From an uncultured Clostridia bacterium (GTDB lineage: Bacteria; Bacillota; Clostridia; Christensenellales; CAMQZB01): a DNA stretch of 64,000 bases. The first letter of the stretch is position 1. Each line of letters begins with the position of its first letter. The translations under genes and the position numbers were made by a program. The notes beneath the pieces were generated by a model. That model was not told where the DNA came from. It made no database searches and was given only the letters and a program-made list of their open reading frames with translations. The stretch lies in NCBI GenBank assembly GCA_947039455.1, contig CAMQZB010000001.1, positions 79,877 through 143,876 on the forward strand. Reading direction: 5' to 3'. Positions 54,431 through 64,000 of the stretch are shown here, in pieces.

Positions 54431-55390
54431 ATGATATCAATAATCATACCTATCTACAATGAAGAGTTAGTTTTGAGCGAATCCTACAAAAGAATTAAAG
54501 AGGTAGCGGATAACTTAAAAGAAGATTACGAGCTAGTATTTATAAATGACGGCAGTAGTGACAAAAGCCTTGAAATGCTAAGAGATTTAGCAAAAACTGA
54601 CAGCAAAACAGTAGTGTTGTCATTCTCAAGAAACTTTGGTCATCAGTGTGCAGTGTCAGCTGGAATGGAGCATTGCAGTGGCGATTGCGCAATTATTATC
54701 GATGCGGATTTGCAAGACCCACCACAAGTAATATATGAAATGGTAGAAAAATGGAAAGAAGGTTACGACATAGTATACGGAAAACGTAAATCAAGAGCAG
54801 GAGAATCTTTCTTTAAAAAGATTACTGCGAAAGTGTATTATAAAATCGTGGACAGCATGTCCGAATTTAAAATTCCAAGAGATTGCGGTGACTTTAGATT
54901 AATAGACAGAAAAGTTGTTGACACCCTTAATAACATGAAAGAGCATAACAGATACTTACGTGGAATGAACGCATATGCGGGTTATAAACAGTACGCGGTG
55001 GAGTACGAGAGAGAAGCAAGGTTTGCTGGGGAAACTCACTATACAATGAAAAAAATGGTGAAACTAGCTTCAGACGGCATTATTTCTAATTCGAACAAGC
55101 CGTTAAAATTACCTATGACTTTCGGATTGATATTACTTTTCCTATCAGGATTAGGAATGTTAGCACTGATTGTACTAGCAATTTTAACTGCCACATCAAC
55201 GATAGGTTTCGCAGTACCCCTTGACTTCTGGACTATCGATGTAATCGCTATAGCCTTGTCTATCGTACTAATTTCAAACGGTGTATCTAATATGTATATG
55301 GCAAGAGTTTACGACGAAGTGAAAAATCGTCCAAGCTATATTGTTAGCGAAATGCACAACGTAAAAGAGATAGAAGATAAGAAAAACTAG
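54431..55390 (+). CDS. GT2 polyprenyl-phosphate glycosyltransferase (GtrB/ArnC-like)
   Basis: SIIIPIYNEE, FINDGSSD, IIDADLQDPP (DxD) and two C-terminal TM helices. Confidence 0.85.
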   Translation: MISIIIPIYNEELVLSESYKRIKEVADNLKEDYELVFINDGSSDKSLEMLRDLAKTDSKTVVLSFSRNFGHQCAVSAGMEHCSGDCAIIIDADLQDPPQVIYEMVEKWKEGYDIVYGKRKSRAGESFFKKITAKVYYKIVDSMSEFKIPRDCGDFRLIDRKVVDTLNNMKEHNRYLRGMNAYAGYKQYAVEYEREARFAGETHYTMKKMVKLASDGIISNSNKPLKLPMTFGLILLFLSGLGMLALIVLAILTATSTIGFAVPLDFWTIDVIAIALSIVLISNGVSNMYMARVYDEVKNRPSYIVSEMHNVKEIEDKKN

Positions 55391-55446
55391 GTAAAAATTA
55401 CCAAAATTCATAAACATTATATATAGCACAAAAGGAGAACCAAAAA

Positions 55447-56559
55447 ATGTTAGATCCAAGAGTAAAAGAATTAGCTATTAATTTAGTAAATTATTCAACA
55501 AAAGTTAAGAAAGGTGAGAACGTCCTAATTGAAGGTGCGTTCACTGATGCTGACCTAATACATGAGTGTATTAAAGAAGTATATAAAGCAGGGGGAAACC
55601 CATTCTACAACTTCACTGACCCAGCTACAAAACGCGCAATAGCAACTGGTGCTACTGAAGAATCTATCAAAGCATTGATAGAAGTAGACGCTTACAGAAT
55701 GGACAAAATGGACGTGTATATCGGAGTACGTGGTGGCTTGAACAGCTTTGAAATGGCTGATGTACCAGCAAGCGGTATTAAGCACTGGAACGGAACTTAC
55801 AACCACCAAGTACACCAACTTAGAATTAAGAAAACAAGATGGGTAGTTTTACGTTATCCAACAGCTTCATTCGCTCAAAGTGCTGGAATGTCAACTGAGA
55901 GTTTCGAAGATTTCTACTTCAATGTTTGTAACTTAGACTATTCAAAAATGGGCGAAGCTATGAAACCGTTAGTTAAATTAATGGAAAAAACTGACAAAGT
56001 AAGAATACTAGACGCAAAAACTGATTTGACTTTTTCAATTAAAGACATCAACGTAATCCCATGTGCAGGACACCTAAACATACCAGACGGAGAAGTTTTC
56101 ACAGCACCAGTTAAAGATTCAGTAAACGGATATATCCAATACTCAGCACCTTCTTTACAAGACGGCATCAAGCATGATAATATTAGATTAGTATTCAAAG
56201 ACGGAAAAATTATCGAAGCAACATCAAGCGATACTGTAGCCTTAAACAAAATATTCGACAAAGATGCAGGAGCTAGATATGTAGGGGAGTTCGCTATTGG
56301 CGTGAATCCTTATATTACAAAACCTATGCTAGATACGTTATTTGACGAAAAAATTGCAGGCTCTATCCATTTCACACCAGGTAATTCATATGACGAAGCA
56401 CCTAACGGAAACAATTCTCAATTACATTGGGATATCGTTCATATTCAAACACCAGAGTACGGCGGCGGAGAAATTTTCTTTGACGATGTGTTAATTAGAA
56501 AAGACGGAATATTTGTAATCCCTGAACTTCTTTGCCTAAACCCAGAGAACTTAAAGTAA
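55447..56559 (+). CDS. M29-family aminopeptidase (AmpS/PepS-like)
   Basis: 370 aa with a LAINLVNYSTKVKKGENVLIEG N-terminus and HWDIV near the C-terminus, typical of thermophilic metalloprotease M29. Confidence 0.8.
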   Translation: MLDPRVKELAINLVNYSTKVKKGENVLIEGAFTDADLIHECIKEVYKAGGNPFYNFTDPATKRAIATGATEESIKALIEVDAYRMDKMDVYIGVRGGLNSFEMADVPASGIKHWNGTYNHQVHQLRIKKTRWVVLRYPTASFAQSAGMSTESFEDFYFNVCNLDYSKMGEAMKPLVKLMEKTDKVRILDAKTDLTFSIKDINVIPCAGHLNIPDGEVFTAPVKDSVNGYIQYSAPSLQDGIKHDNIRLVFKDGKIIEATSSDTVALNKIFDKDAGARYVGEFAIGVNPYITKPMLDTLFDEKIAGSIHFTPGNSYDEAPNGNNSQLHWDIVHIQTPEYGGGEIFFDDVLIRKDGIFVIPELLCLNPENLK

Positions 56560-56694
56560 AAATACCTTACATTTTGTATATTAAATTACAAAATAAATCA
56601 ATGTAAAATATTTTTCTTATTTAAATTGTTAAATTTATGGCAATTCGCTTGATAAATAATACAATTTATTGTAAGATAGAGTAGTAAAAAATAA

Positions 56695-57735
<1,041 letters not shown>

Positions 57736-57754
57736 TACCCAAAAAAGTAATTAT

Positions 57755-57785
57755 AAGAACCTATCGCAAGATAGGTTCTTTTTTA
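57755..57785 (+). terminator. gap terminator
   Basis: 11-bp stem aagaacctatc/gataggttctt followed by TTTT. Confidence 0.85.
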
Positions 57786-57830
57786 CGCAAAAATTCAAAG
57801 AAAAACAAACAAACTTACCCAACCCCAACC

Positions 57831-58005
57831 CCAATCAACCCACAAATAAACCACCAAACACAATCCCAACCAACTCACAAATAAACCACCAAACACAATC
57901 CCAACCAACTCACAAATAAACCACCAAACACAACCCCAACCAACCCACAAATAAAACAACCAATACAACTCCAACCAACCCACAAATAAAACAACCAATA
58001 CAACT
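57831..58005 (+). repeat. 35-nt tandem repeat, 5 full units (a sixth, degenerate unit follows)
   Basis: Unit ccaaccaa(c/t)(c/t)cacaaataaa(c/a)ca(c/a)c(c/a)aa(c/t)acaa(t/c)(c/t)c. Units 2/3 are nearly identical and units 4/5 are identical. Confidence 0.9.
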
Positions 58006-58150
58006 CCAACCAATCCACAAAAAAAATATCAAACCCAAATAGGAACCAACACCCATACTAAAACTACACCCAAAACCAATTAAGAAACGTTTCCACCCAA
58101 AGTGGAAACCAACCCATCCAAATGAAAACCTCACCATAAGTAAACCCAAC

Positions 58151-58206
58151 GGGGTCTTGGGGTATCACCCCAAGTGGTTGGGGTCTGGGGAGTCCCAAAT
58201 TCCCAG
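58151..58206 (+). repeat. GC-rich twin-hairpin core, diverged copy C
   Basis: ggggtCTTGGGGTatcACCCCAAGtggttggggtcTGGGgagtCCCAaattccca has the same architecture as copies A and B. Confidence 0.6.
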
Positions 58207-58447
58207 TGGTTTTGCAACTTTTGCCACCCAAAAGTTGACCGCGTGCGGAACACAAAAACCAAGTTGAAAAACATACATCTTACAACTTAATTAAATCCCC
58301 CCAACCAAACCACTAAAAAAAAAACTACCAAACCAATCCAACCACTAAAAAAACAAAAAAAACTATTTTAACCAAAATAAAGGAAATACTAATAAACATA
58401 GCGTATAATTTATATGAAGGCTAGTTTTGAATTTTGGAGAAAACCAT

Positions 58448-59440
58448 ATGAATAATAAAACGTACAAAATAGAAGAAATGTTCTTATCAGAGTTTGCGAC
58501 TTTCTCAAACCAGTCAAAAGGTAGAGAAAGAGCGGAAGAGCCATGTCTTTTCCGAACAGATTTCCAAAGAGATCGAGATAGAATAATACACTCAAAAGCG
58601 TTTAGAAGACTAAAAAACAAAACCCAAGTATTTTTACGGCCAGTAGGCGATCACTTTAGAACAAGAATCACACATACGTTAGATGTAGCGCAAGTAGCTA
58701 GATCAATAGCAAGAATCTTGAACCTAAATGAAGATCTAACGGAAGCAATCGCACTTTCTCACGACTTAGGACATACACCTTTTGGTCATGCAGGAGAGCG
58801 AGCATTGTGCAACTTAACAGGGGGAGAGTTTTCTCATGTTAAACAAGGCATAAGAGTTGTAGAATTTCTTGAAAACGACGGACGAGGATTGAACTTAACC
58901 TATGAAGTACGTGACGGAATATTAAATCACAACAGCAGTGGAAAACCCAATACATTGGAAGGAAAAATTGTACATCTAGCTGATAGAATAGCATACCTGA
59001 ACCATGATATTGATGACGCAATCCGTGCTGGAGTAATAAATATCACCGACATTCCAAAAGAACTAATCGAAACGCTAGGAAAAAGTCACAGCAAAAGAAT
59101 TGACCGCATGATCACATCAATTTACACCGCCAGCAACGGCACAAACGATGTAAAAATGACACAAGAAGTTAGCGAAGCATCAAAAGCATTGCGTAAATTC
59201 ATGTTCCAAGAAGTCTATTTTTCAAAAGACAAACGTGACGAAGAAAACAAAGTAGAAGTTATGATTGAATTATTGTTTAATTACTACAAAAAAGACATGT
59301 CAAAACTACCAGAATTTTACAGAAATTTAGCTGAAAAATACGGTGATGACACAGTAATTTGTGATTACATATCAACAATGACGGACAGTTTTGTTCTAGC
59401 AATATTCCAAAAAGCCTTTGTACCTGAAACGAATTTTTAA
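58448..59440 (+). CDS. dGTPase-like HD-domain triphosphohydrolase
   Basis: FQRDRDRIIHSKAFRRL, THTLDVAQVARSI and HDLGHTPFGHAGE. Conserved position upstream of dnaG. Confidence 0.9.
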   Translation: MNNKTYKIEEMFLSEFATFSNQSKGRERAEEPCLFRTDFQRDRDRIIHSKAFRRLKNKTQVFLRPVGDHFRTRITHTLDVAQVARSIARILNLNEDLTEAIALSHDLGHTPFGHAGERALCNLTGGEFSHVKQGIRVVEFLENDGRGLNLTYEVRDGILNHNSSGKPNTLEGKIVHLADRIAYLNHDIDDAIRAGVINITDIPKELIETLGKSHSKRIDRMITSIYTASNGTNDVKMTQEVSEASKALRKFMFQEVYFSKDKRDEENKVEVMIELLFNYYKKDMSKLPEFYRNLAEKYGDDTVICDYISTMTDSFVLAIFQKAFVPETNF

Positions 59441-59492
59441 CATATCAAAAGATAAATACATACAAAAAATAAAACAATGGAGAACGTAAGAA

Positions 59493-61259
59493 GTGGCAGC
59501 CGATTTAGCAAGATTTTTAGAAGAAATAAAAAGTAAATTAGACATTACAGACGTAGTGTCAAAATACGTTACGCTAAATCAAAAAGGCGGACGACATTGG
59601 GGCTGTTGCCCATTTCACCATGAAAAAACCGCATCTTTTTCCGTTGATAGATCAAGACAGTTTTTTCACTGTTTTGGTTGTAAAGAATCAGGTGATATAA
59701 TCAAATTTATACAACAGGTAGAAGCCACGGATTTTCTTGGTGCAGTAACGATTTTAGCAAAAATGGCAGGAGTAGAAGTTCCTCAATTTTCAAAATCTAA
59801 CGGTCAAGATAATACTAAAGAGAAACTAGATAAAAGAAACCGAATATTCACATTGCTAAAAGATGTGGCAAGGTACTATAATAGTATGTTGAAAACACCA
59901 GAAGCTAAAGAAGTTAATGAATATCTAGTAAATCGTGGAATAAGCGAAAAGACAATTTCAAAGTTCGGTCTAGGTTTTTCACCAGATTGGACAAGCTCCA
60001 TAACATACTTACGAAAATTAGGTTACACTAATGACGAAATGGTAAAAGCAGGAATAGCAGGAGAGAAAAACGGACGATATTACGATGCCTACGCAGGCCG
60101 AATTATGTTTCCCGTAATAAAACAAACAGGGGAAGTAGTAGCATTTGGTGGGCGAACAATGGACAAGAACGCACAGGCAAAATATAAAAATACTGCGGAA
60201 ACTGAATTTTTTCACAAAAAAGACGTATTATATGGTTTGAACCTTATAAAAAAACTTAGATTGAAAGAGTCAGTAACAAGTATTATTTTGGTGGAAGGTT
60301 ACATGGACGCAATTAGTGTCTATGAAGCGGGTTTTGAAAATGTAGTAGCAAGCCTTGGAACGGCGTTCACAAAAGAGCAAGCCAACATGATAAGTTACTA
60401 CGTGAAAGATTTGTATATATCATATGACGGAGATTCAGCTGGAATAAAAGGCGCTCTTTTAGGTGTTGAAAAATCTAGTGGAAAAGACTTAAATATTAAA
60501 ATAGTATCAATGCCAAAAGGACTAGACCCTGACGAAATAATCAAAAAACAAGGTGTGGAAGCCTATCAAAAGTTACTGGACGAAGCAATGAGTGTAGTTG
60601 ATTTTAAGGTAGCGATAGTAAAAGAAAAATACAATATTGAAAACCAAAGCGAAAGAAAACAGTATATTGACGGAATCCTAAAAGTCATTTCGAAACTAGA
60701 CAACAAGTCGGAAGAAGATTTCTATTTACAGAAATTGCGTGACGAATCTGGTGTGAGATATGAAGCACTTGTTGAAGATTTAGAATCAATTAGACAAGGC
60801 GAAAAAACTGTTAGAGTTGTGGTGGAAGAGGAATTGAAATCAATCGAAGCCCCAATTACTGCTATCCGATATATTTTGTGCCACGTAATTGACGGCAAAA
60901 GCAAAATTGAAGATATAAAGTGTATTGAGCGGTTCTTAATTGACGAAACTCAACAAAAAATCTATCATTATCTACAAAAAAACGATAATATAAGCCAAAT
61001 AAGCTCTCTTTTTAGAACATTTGATGATAAAGAAAAATTAGAATTAGCAAATATTTTAAACGTAAAAGAAGAGAATAATATAGAGGAGGCAATCCAAGAT
61101 AAATATTATCGCGATTGTCTGTACAAATTTAAAGAAAAAGAACTGAACGAAGAATTAATTAGGTATAACTCGCTATTTAAAAAAGAAAAAGATGTCACAA
61201 GAAAAAAAGAAATAGCGGTTGAAATACAAAGGGTCATGAAAGAATTGAAAAAAACATAG
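59493..61259 (+). CDS. dnaG: DNA primase
   Basis: GTG start after RBS ggag. Zinc ribbon [18 protein letters not shown] and TOPRIM motifs ([15 protein letters not shown]). Confidence 0.95.
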   Translation: MAADLARFLEEIKSKLDITDVVSKYVTLNQKGGRHWGCCPFHHEKTASFSVDRSRQFFHCFGCKESGDIIKFIQQVEATDFLGAVTILAKMAGVEVPQFSKSNGQDNTKEKLDKRNRIFTLLKDVARYYNSMLKTPEAKEVNEYLVNRGISEKTISKFGLGFSPDWTSSITYLRKLGYTNDEMVKAGIAGEKNGRYYDAYAGRIMFPVIKQTGEVVAFGGRTMDKNAQAKYKNTAETEFFHKKDVLYGLNLIKKLRLKESVTSIILVEGYMDAISVYEAGFENVVASLGTAFTKEQANMISYYVKDLYISYDGDSAGIKGALLGVEKSSGKDLNIKIVSMPKGLDPDEIIKKQGVEAYQKLLDEAMSVVDFKVAIVKEKYNIENQSERKQYIDGILKVISKLDNKSEEDFYLQKLRDESGVRYEALVEDLESIRQGEKTVRVVVEEELKSIEAPITAIRYILCHVIDGKSKIEDIKCIERFLIDETQQKIYHYLQKNDNISQISSLFRTFDDKEKLELANILNVKEENNIEEAIQDKYYRDCLYKFKEKELNEELIRYNSLFKKEKDVTRKKEIAVEIQRVMKELKKT

Positions 61260-61272
61260 GAGTGTAACGCTT

Positions 61273-62331
61273 ATGGGAAATGAATTCGTAGAAAATTTGA
61301 AGAAAGAGCTAGTGGAAACCTACCGAAAAGTAGGTGCAATCACGTCAGAGGAATTATTTGATAAACTTGAAAAGCATCAAATAACACCTGAAGAATTGGA
61401 GGGCATTTATAAAGCCCTTGAAGAGAACCGAATTAGAATTACTGACATAGATTTGTCCGAAAAACAGATGCATGATATTGAAACAATGTCAACAACTGCC
61501 TCAATGGACGACCCTGTGAAAATGTATCTAAAAGACATTGGTTCAATTCCGCTATTAACTTTTGAAGAAGAAGTAGAGCTGTCAAAACGTATGCTTGAAG
61601 GGGATGAGATTGCTAAAAAAGCATTGTCGGAGTCCAATTTGAGATTAGTGGTATCGATAGCAAAAAGGTATTTAGGGCGTGGTATGCAATTTTTGGATTT
61701 AATCCAAGAAGGCAATCTAGGTCTGATGAAAGCTGTAGAAAAATTCGATTATACAAAAGGATTTAAGTTCAGCACCTATGCAACATGGTGGATTAGGCAA
61801 TCAATAACACGTTCAATTGCCGACCAAGCAAGAACAATCAGAATACCAGTCCACATGGTAGAAACTATCAACAGACAAGCGAAAGCGATACGTTCATTAC
61901 TGCAAGATTTAGGCAGAGAACCAACAATTTATGAAATCGCCGAGAGATTAAATGTGTCGGTGGAAAAAGTGTTGGAAATCAAAAAAATATCCCTTGACCC
62001 AATATCATTAGAAACGCCAATCGGCACAGAAGATGATACGCATTTAGGCGATTTTATCGAAGACGACACAGCAAAAGATCCGTCAGTAGCAATTACTTCG
62101 GAAACATTGCGTGACGAATTTAATAGAGTACTTGGAACATTGACTCCAAGAGAAGAAAAAGTAATTAGATTAAGATACGGACTTGACGACGGCAAGCCAA
62201 AAACTTTAGAGGAAGTAGGACGAGCGTTCAACGTGACACGTGAGCGGATACGTCAAATAGAATCGAAAGCTTTACGAAAACTTCGTCACCCAAGTCGCAA
62301 TCAAAAACTAAGCGAATTGGGAATGAAATAG
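61273..62331 (+). CDS. sigA: group-1 RNA polymerase sigma-70 factor, copy 1
   Basis: Regions 1.2 ([11 protein letters not shown]), 2 ([30 protein letters not shown]), 3 and 4.2 ([21 protein letters not shown]). Confidence 0.9.
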   Translation: MGNEFVENLKKELVETYRKVGAITSEELFDKLEKHQITPEELEGIYKALEENRIRITDIDLSEKQMHDIETMSTTASMDDPVKMYLKDIGSIPLLTFEEEVELSKRMLEGDEIAKKALSESNLRLVVSIAKRYLGRGMQFLDLIQEGNLGLMKAVEKFDYTKGFKFSTYATWWIRQSITRSIADQARTIRIPVHMVETINRQAKAIRSLLQDLGREPTIYEIAERLNVSVEKVLEIKKISLDPISLETPIGTEDDTHLGDFIEDDTAKDPSVAITSETLRDEFNRVLGTLTPREEKVIRLRYGLDDGKPKTLEEVGRAFNVTRERIRQIESKALRKLRHPSRNQKLSELGMK

Positions 62332-62371
62332 ATAATAATTATAAATTAACATAAAGGAAGAGATACGATTA

Positions 62372-63460
62372 ATGAGTGTAGAAAACGTAGATGTAGCCAA
62401 ACTAGAAGGGGTAATAGCCCTTGTAGAAGAAGGTAAAAAGAGTGGAACGATTAAGTCTGAAGAGATATTTGATCGACTGGAAAAAGTTGAATTGTCACCT
62501 GATAAATTGGACGAGATATATGCAATATTCGAAGAAAACGGCATAAAAATCATTGATAATATAGACATGATCAAACAGGTAGCAGCTGAACCTGCACCGA
62601 ATGCGTCATTCGAGTTATACAACGATGACCTAGGAATGAATGACCCTGTAAAATTGTATTTAAAAGACATAGGAAAAGTACAATTACTATCAGCAGAAAG
62701 AGAAGTAGACCTAGCGAAACGTATGCTTGATGGCGACGACATGGCGAAACAAATACTAGCAGAAGCCAACTTGCGTTTGGTAGTGTCAATTGCAAAAAGG
62801 TATGTTGGACGTGGCTTGATGTTACTTGATTTAATACAAGAAGGCAACATGGGTTTGATGAAAGCAATCGAGAAATTCGACTATACAAAAGGCTTCAAAT
62901 TCAGTACATACGCAACATGGTGGATAAGACAATCAATCACAAGAGCGATAGCCGATCAAGCAAGAACAATCCGTGTACCAGTTCACATGGTAGAAACAAT
63001 TAACAGAAAAACAAGAGCAACAAGAGTGCTTTTGCAAAAACTTGGACGTGAACCTACAATGGAAGAAATAGCTGAAGAAATGGGTGTATCAGTGGAAAAA
63101 GTGTTTGAAATCCAAAGAATAGCACTTGATCCAGTATCATTAGAAACGCCAATCGGCGAAGAAGACGATACTCACTTAGGTGATTTTATCGAAGACGAAA
63201 ACGCTATTGCCCCAACAACTCAAGTAGCAAATTCATTGTTAAAAGAGAAGTTGATAAACGTGTTATCATCATTGACACCACGTGAAGAAAAGGTAATAAG
63301 ATTAAGATACGGACTTGACGATGGAAAGCCAAAAACATTGGAAGAAGTGGGCAAGGAGTTTAACGTAACACGAGAGAGAATTAGACAAATCGAAGCAAAA
63401 GCTTTGAGAAAATTACGTCATCCAAAAAGAAGCACGCAAATTAAGGACTTTATTGACTAA
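62372..63460 (+). CDS. group-1-like RNA polymerase sigma-70 factor, copy 2 (tandem paralogue)
   Basis: Same region structure as copy 1. The DNA-recognition helices are the same apart from S/A substitutions ([32 protein letters not shown]). The N-terminus and region 3 have diverged. Confidence 0.9.
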   Translation: MSVENVDVAKLEGVIALVEEGKKSGTIKSEEIFDRLEKVELSPDKLDEIYAIFEENGIKIIDNIDMIKQVAAEPAPNASFELYNDDLGMNDPVKLYLKDIGKVQLLSAEREVDLAKRMLDGDDMAKQILAEANLRLVVSIAKRYVGRGLMLLDLIQEGNMGLMKAIEKFDYTKGFKFSTYATWWIRQSITRAIADQARTIRVPVHMVETINRKTRATRVLLQKLGREPTMEEIAEEMGVSVEKVFEIQRIALDPVSLETPIGEEDDTHLGDFIEDENAIAPTTQVANSLLKEKLINVLSSLTPREEKVIRLRYGLDDGKPKTLEEVGKEFNVTRERIRQIEAKALRKLRHPKRSTQIKDFID

Positions 63461-64000
63461 TGTTATCTAAAAGATTCGAAGAAATAATTTCAAGAATACC
63501 GAAGTGTAAAACAATGCTAGACATCGGCTGTGACCACGGCAAAGTAACATATGAGATCCTAAAAAGAGGCATATGCGAAAAAGCGTTGTTATCAGATATA
63601 TCCGAACCTAGTTTATTAAAAGCGAAAATACTAATAGAAGAAGAGTTTCCCAACAGCCAATATTTCGTATCAGACGGTGCGAAATCTGTGACGGAACACT
63701 TCGATTTTTGTATAATAGCAGGCATGGGTGGACAAGAAATATTAAAGATTTTACAATCAAATAAAATTAAAAACGCATTAATACAGCCAATGAATAACCT
63801 AGTTTTTGTAAGAAATCAAGTACAAGACATGGGTTTTATGATAGTAACAGACGAAATAATTTTCGACGAAAGATACTATAATATCATAAAAATACAGCGA
63901 AATACTGAATTTCAAGCCAACACTCAACAGTTAAGCGAAAATGAAATATACTTTGGAAAAACAAATCTTGAAAAAAGAAGTGATGAGTTTATTGCGTACT
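63460..64000 (+). CDS. trmK: tRNA (adenine(22)-N1)-methyltransferase TrmK-like (3' end runs off the window)
   Basis: Open frame from the ATG at 63460 (TAATG overlap with the sigma stop) to the window end. MLDIGCDHGKV and IIAGMGG motifs. Same position after sigA as in Bacillus. Confidence 0.7.
   Translation, partial: MLSKRFEEIISRIPKCKTMLDIGCDHGKVTYEILKRGICEKALLSDISEPSLLKAKILIEEEFPNSQYFVSDGAKSVTEHFDFCIIAGMGGQEILKILQSNKIKNALIQPMNNLVFVRNQVQDMGFMIVTDEIIFDERYYNIIKIQRNTEFQANTQQLSENEIYFGKTNLEKRSDEFIAY

Noticed and set aside
57831-58030. 35-nt direct repeats as a possible CRISPR array.
   Set aside because: The units are contiguous with no unique spacers. They are not palindromic, and no cas genes or leader are present.
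57795-58255. Minus-strand ORFs of 63-79 aa (W/G/V/L-rich), and the + strand ORF 57702..57884, across the repeat region.
   Set aside because: They are translation artefacts of a G-free tandem-repeat tract. They have no RBS, an implausible composition, and overlap one another in different frames.

Overview
This 64 kb window is low-GC chromosome from a spore-forming Bacillota (Clostridia-like) genome. It is densely coding, mostly on the + strand, and I found no transposase, integrase or CRISPR array. Content, left to right:
- Two alpha/beta hydrolases.
- An AraC-controlled glycan locus: GH3, a membrane-anchored GH33 sialidase, a GPH symporter and a GH35 beta-galactosidase.
- A tRNA operon with 3x tRNA-Val(UAC) plus tRNA-Gly(GCC).
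- A TetR/GNAT operon placed divergently from a glp-like flavoprotein/FGGY-kinase cluster that ends in an alkyl-DHAP-synthase-like flavoenzyme.
- Conserved housekeeping blocks: ylxY-like deacetylase, M16 peptidase, ftsK, rimO-pgsA-cinA-recA-rny, leuS, proC, rnhA, spoIIR, sleB-ypeB, fba, gap, then dGTPase-dnaG-sigA-sigA'-trmK.

Observations most worth follow-up:
1. A full-length Rho homologue whose P-loop lysine, catalytic Glu and Arg finger are all substituted.
2. A ~50-nt GC-rich twin-hairpin / four-G-tract core that recurs three times on the same strand in intergenic regions. It sits beside G-free A+C tracts, one of which carries 35-nt tandem repeats and a telomere-like C4A2 run.
3. Two tandem group-1 sigma paralogues after dnaG.
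4. A two-gene islet between two tRNA genes that encodes a 7-blade Asp-box-like propeller with internally duplicated DNA.
5. A sialidase fused to a 5-TM N-terminal domain.

All functional calls rest on motif recognition by eye. No database search was run.
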